NCBI GenBank assembly: GCA_907165135.1
Contig: OU015568.1
Coordinates: 10,292,001-10,356,000 of the forward strand
Source: Oikopleura dioica
Lineage: Eukaryota > Animalia > Chordata
Direction of reading: 5' to 3'
DNA length: 64,000 nucleotides
Shown here piece by piece: positions 62,791-64,000 of this stretch. Positions within the stretch are counted from its first letter, which is position 1, and each line of letters begins with the position of its first letter. The translations under genes and the position numbers were made by a program. Under the pieces are notes generated by a model. The model worked only from the letters and a program-made list of their open reading frames with translations. It was not told the origin of the DNA and ran no database searches.

Positions 62791-64000
62791 CACGACCCAG
62801 TCAGTAGCCGATCTGCAAGTGATCGGACTTACTACGACTCCCTTAGACACCTTAGACTTGACCCGAGTCACTTTTCCTTTTTTTCCAGAGCGAAAATCGA
62901 ATCATTTTGAGAGACTAAGTAAGAAGACGATCTTTCTTTCGACTCGATCAATTATCAATTACTATTATCGCTCAGTTTCTTTTTCATTTAAAATATTTCT
63001 CGTTTATCATTTACGGCTCTAAAATCTTAACTCGTCCTCAGTCTAACCCTTCTTTCTCAGGTCAGAAAGCAACACACAGCAATATGCAACAGTACAAGGG
63101 CAGCCCCTACAGTTGGTCACCCTGGGTGCCAACAACATCGTCGGCAACTCCGGTCAACAGGTAAATAATCACCAATTTAAATTTATAGCTCTTTTGATTG
63201 AGAAGCGGAAAATTGATTTTTTTTCTTCGTCTGAGTGTTGAGTTGTTGGAGAAAGCCGCTTTAGCTCGGGGCGCTTTTGTTTTATCAATTAGTTAACGAC
63301 CTTTTGTCAGCTCTGCACTGGGGCATATTCAATTCAATATTCTACTTTTCTCTCCATCTTTAGTCCTGCTAGCACTAGTGTCTCTATTGATTTTATGGCC
63401 CTGGTTCAGATTTAATCTCATCTACTACTAGCATCAATACTTTTCATTCTATTCATCGATTTTTGATTTTGAATCTTTTTAGATCCAACTTATTCAAACA
63501 GGAAACTCATTCAACGGCAATGGGCAGCAAATCATCACTCTTGGATCTGTTGGAAACGGCGAGCAAAAGGTGCGATTTGCACGATTCTGCAAACATTGCA
63601 TTGAGCAAATGTTTATTTCCTATTTCCCTGACTCATCTTCTTTGTTAAGCAGAGCGAGCAAGGCCAGCAACAAGGAGGATTGGTGATTCAAAATGCTGAT
63701 GGAAGCAGTCAGATCGTTCAACTGCTCTCGCCGTCTAATGCTGGACAGGGGGCCGTTATTGTAAGTATCTGTTTACGGAATAACCATTGATCGGCTTTGG
63801 CTAGATGATTCCCACGAGCATGGCTGGCGGTGGCGGCGCGCACGTCATCAAACAAGCGCCCGATCATGTCCCTGACGAAGAGCCACTCTACGTCAACGCC
63901 AAACAGGTATAAATCAATGCCTCATTAGATCTATACTTCTACCCCTCTTGAGGACTCTTGACCGCCATTTGCGGTCAATTTGAATGTCAACAAGACCCCG
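62717..64000 (+). CDS. NFYA: Nuclear transcription factor Y subunit alpha, 5' part (runs off right edge)
   Basis: Q-rich exons 63061-63160, 63483-63569 and 63649-63760, then ...DEEPLYVNAKQ|gt at 63906, the hallmark start of the NF-YA/HAP2 core domain. Confidence 0.9.

Overview
Eukaryotic, very compact animal genomic DNA with many 35-80 nt introns, frequent non-canonical GA/GG 5' splice sites, long co-oriented gene runs with an AG acceptor just before the ATG, and a TTAGGG repeat. I infer the appendicularian tunicate Oikopleura (dioica); no database was checked and all family calls are from recalled motifs. From 1-37 kb the window is gene-dense and almost all minus-strand: HCN channel (partial), NEK kinase (+), M1 aminopeptidase, secreted CUB protein, bacterial-type HEXXH metallopeptidase, MPV17, tectonic, YPEL5 and a diverged tandem paralog, BORCS5, EXO1, PAK4-like, eIF3a, an acidic orphan, GAK/auxilin, Ran and an orphan membrane protein. 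Two plus-strand genes are nested in introns: an O-fucosyltransferase-family gene in tectonic and a 66-aa microprotein in PAK. From 38-64 kb it is sparser: two tandem small secreted-peptide genes, a membrane RING ligase, about 9.5 kb without recognisable genes (interstitial telomere repeat, motif clusters), QDPR, an orphan, a diverged Kv channel and the 5' part of NF-YA. Several genes carry single-base deletions in homopolymers, most likely long-read assembly errors. Best leads: (1) an intron-containing secreted Zn-peptidase resembling a bacterial family (HGT candidate); (2) the tandem 'IGFLGNF' peptide precursors; (3) the two nested genes; (4) domain losses in GAK and BORCS5.
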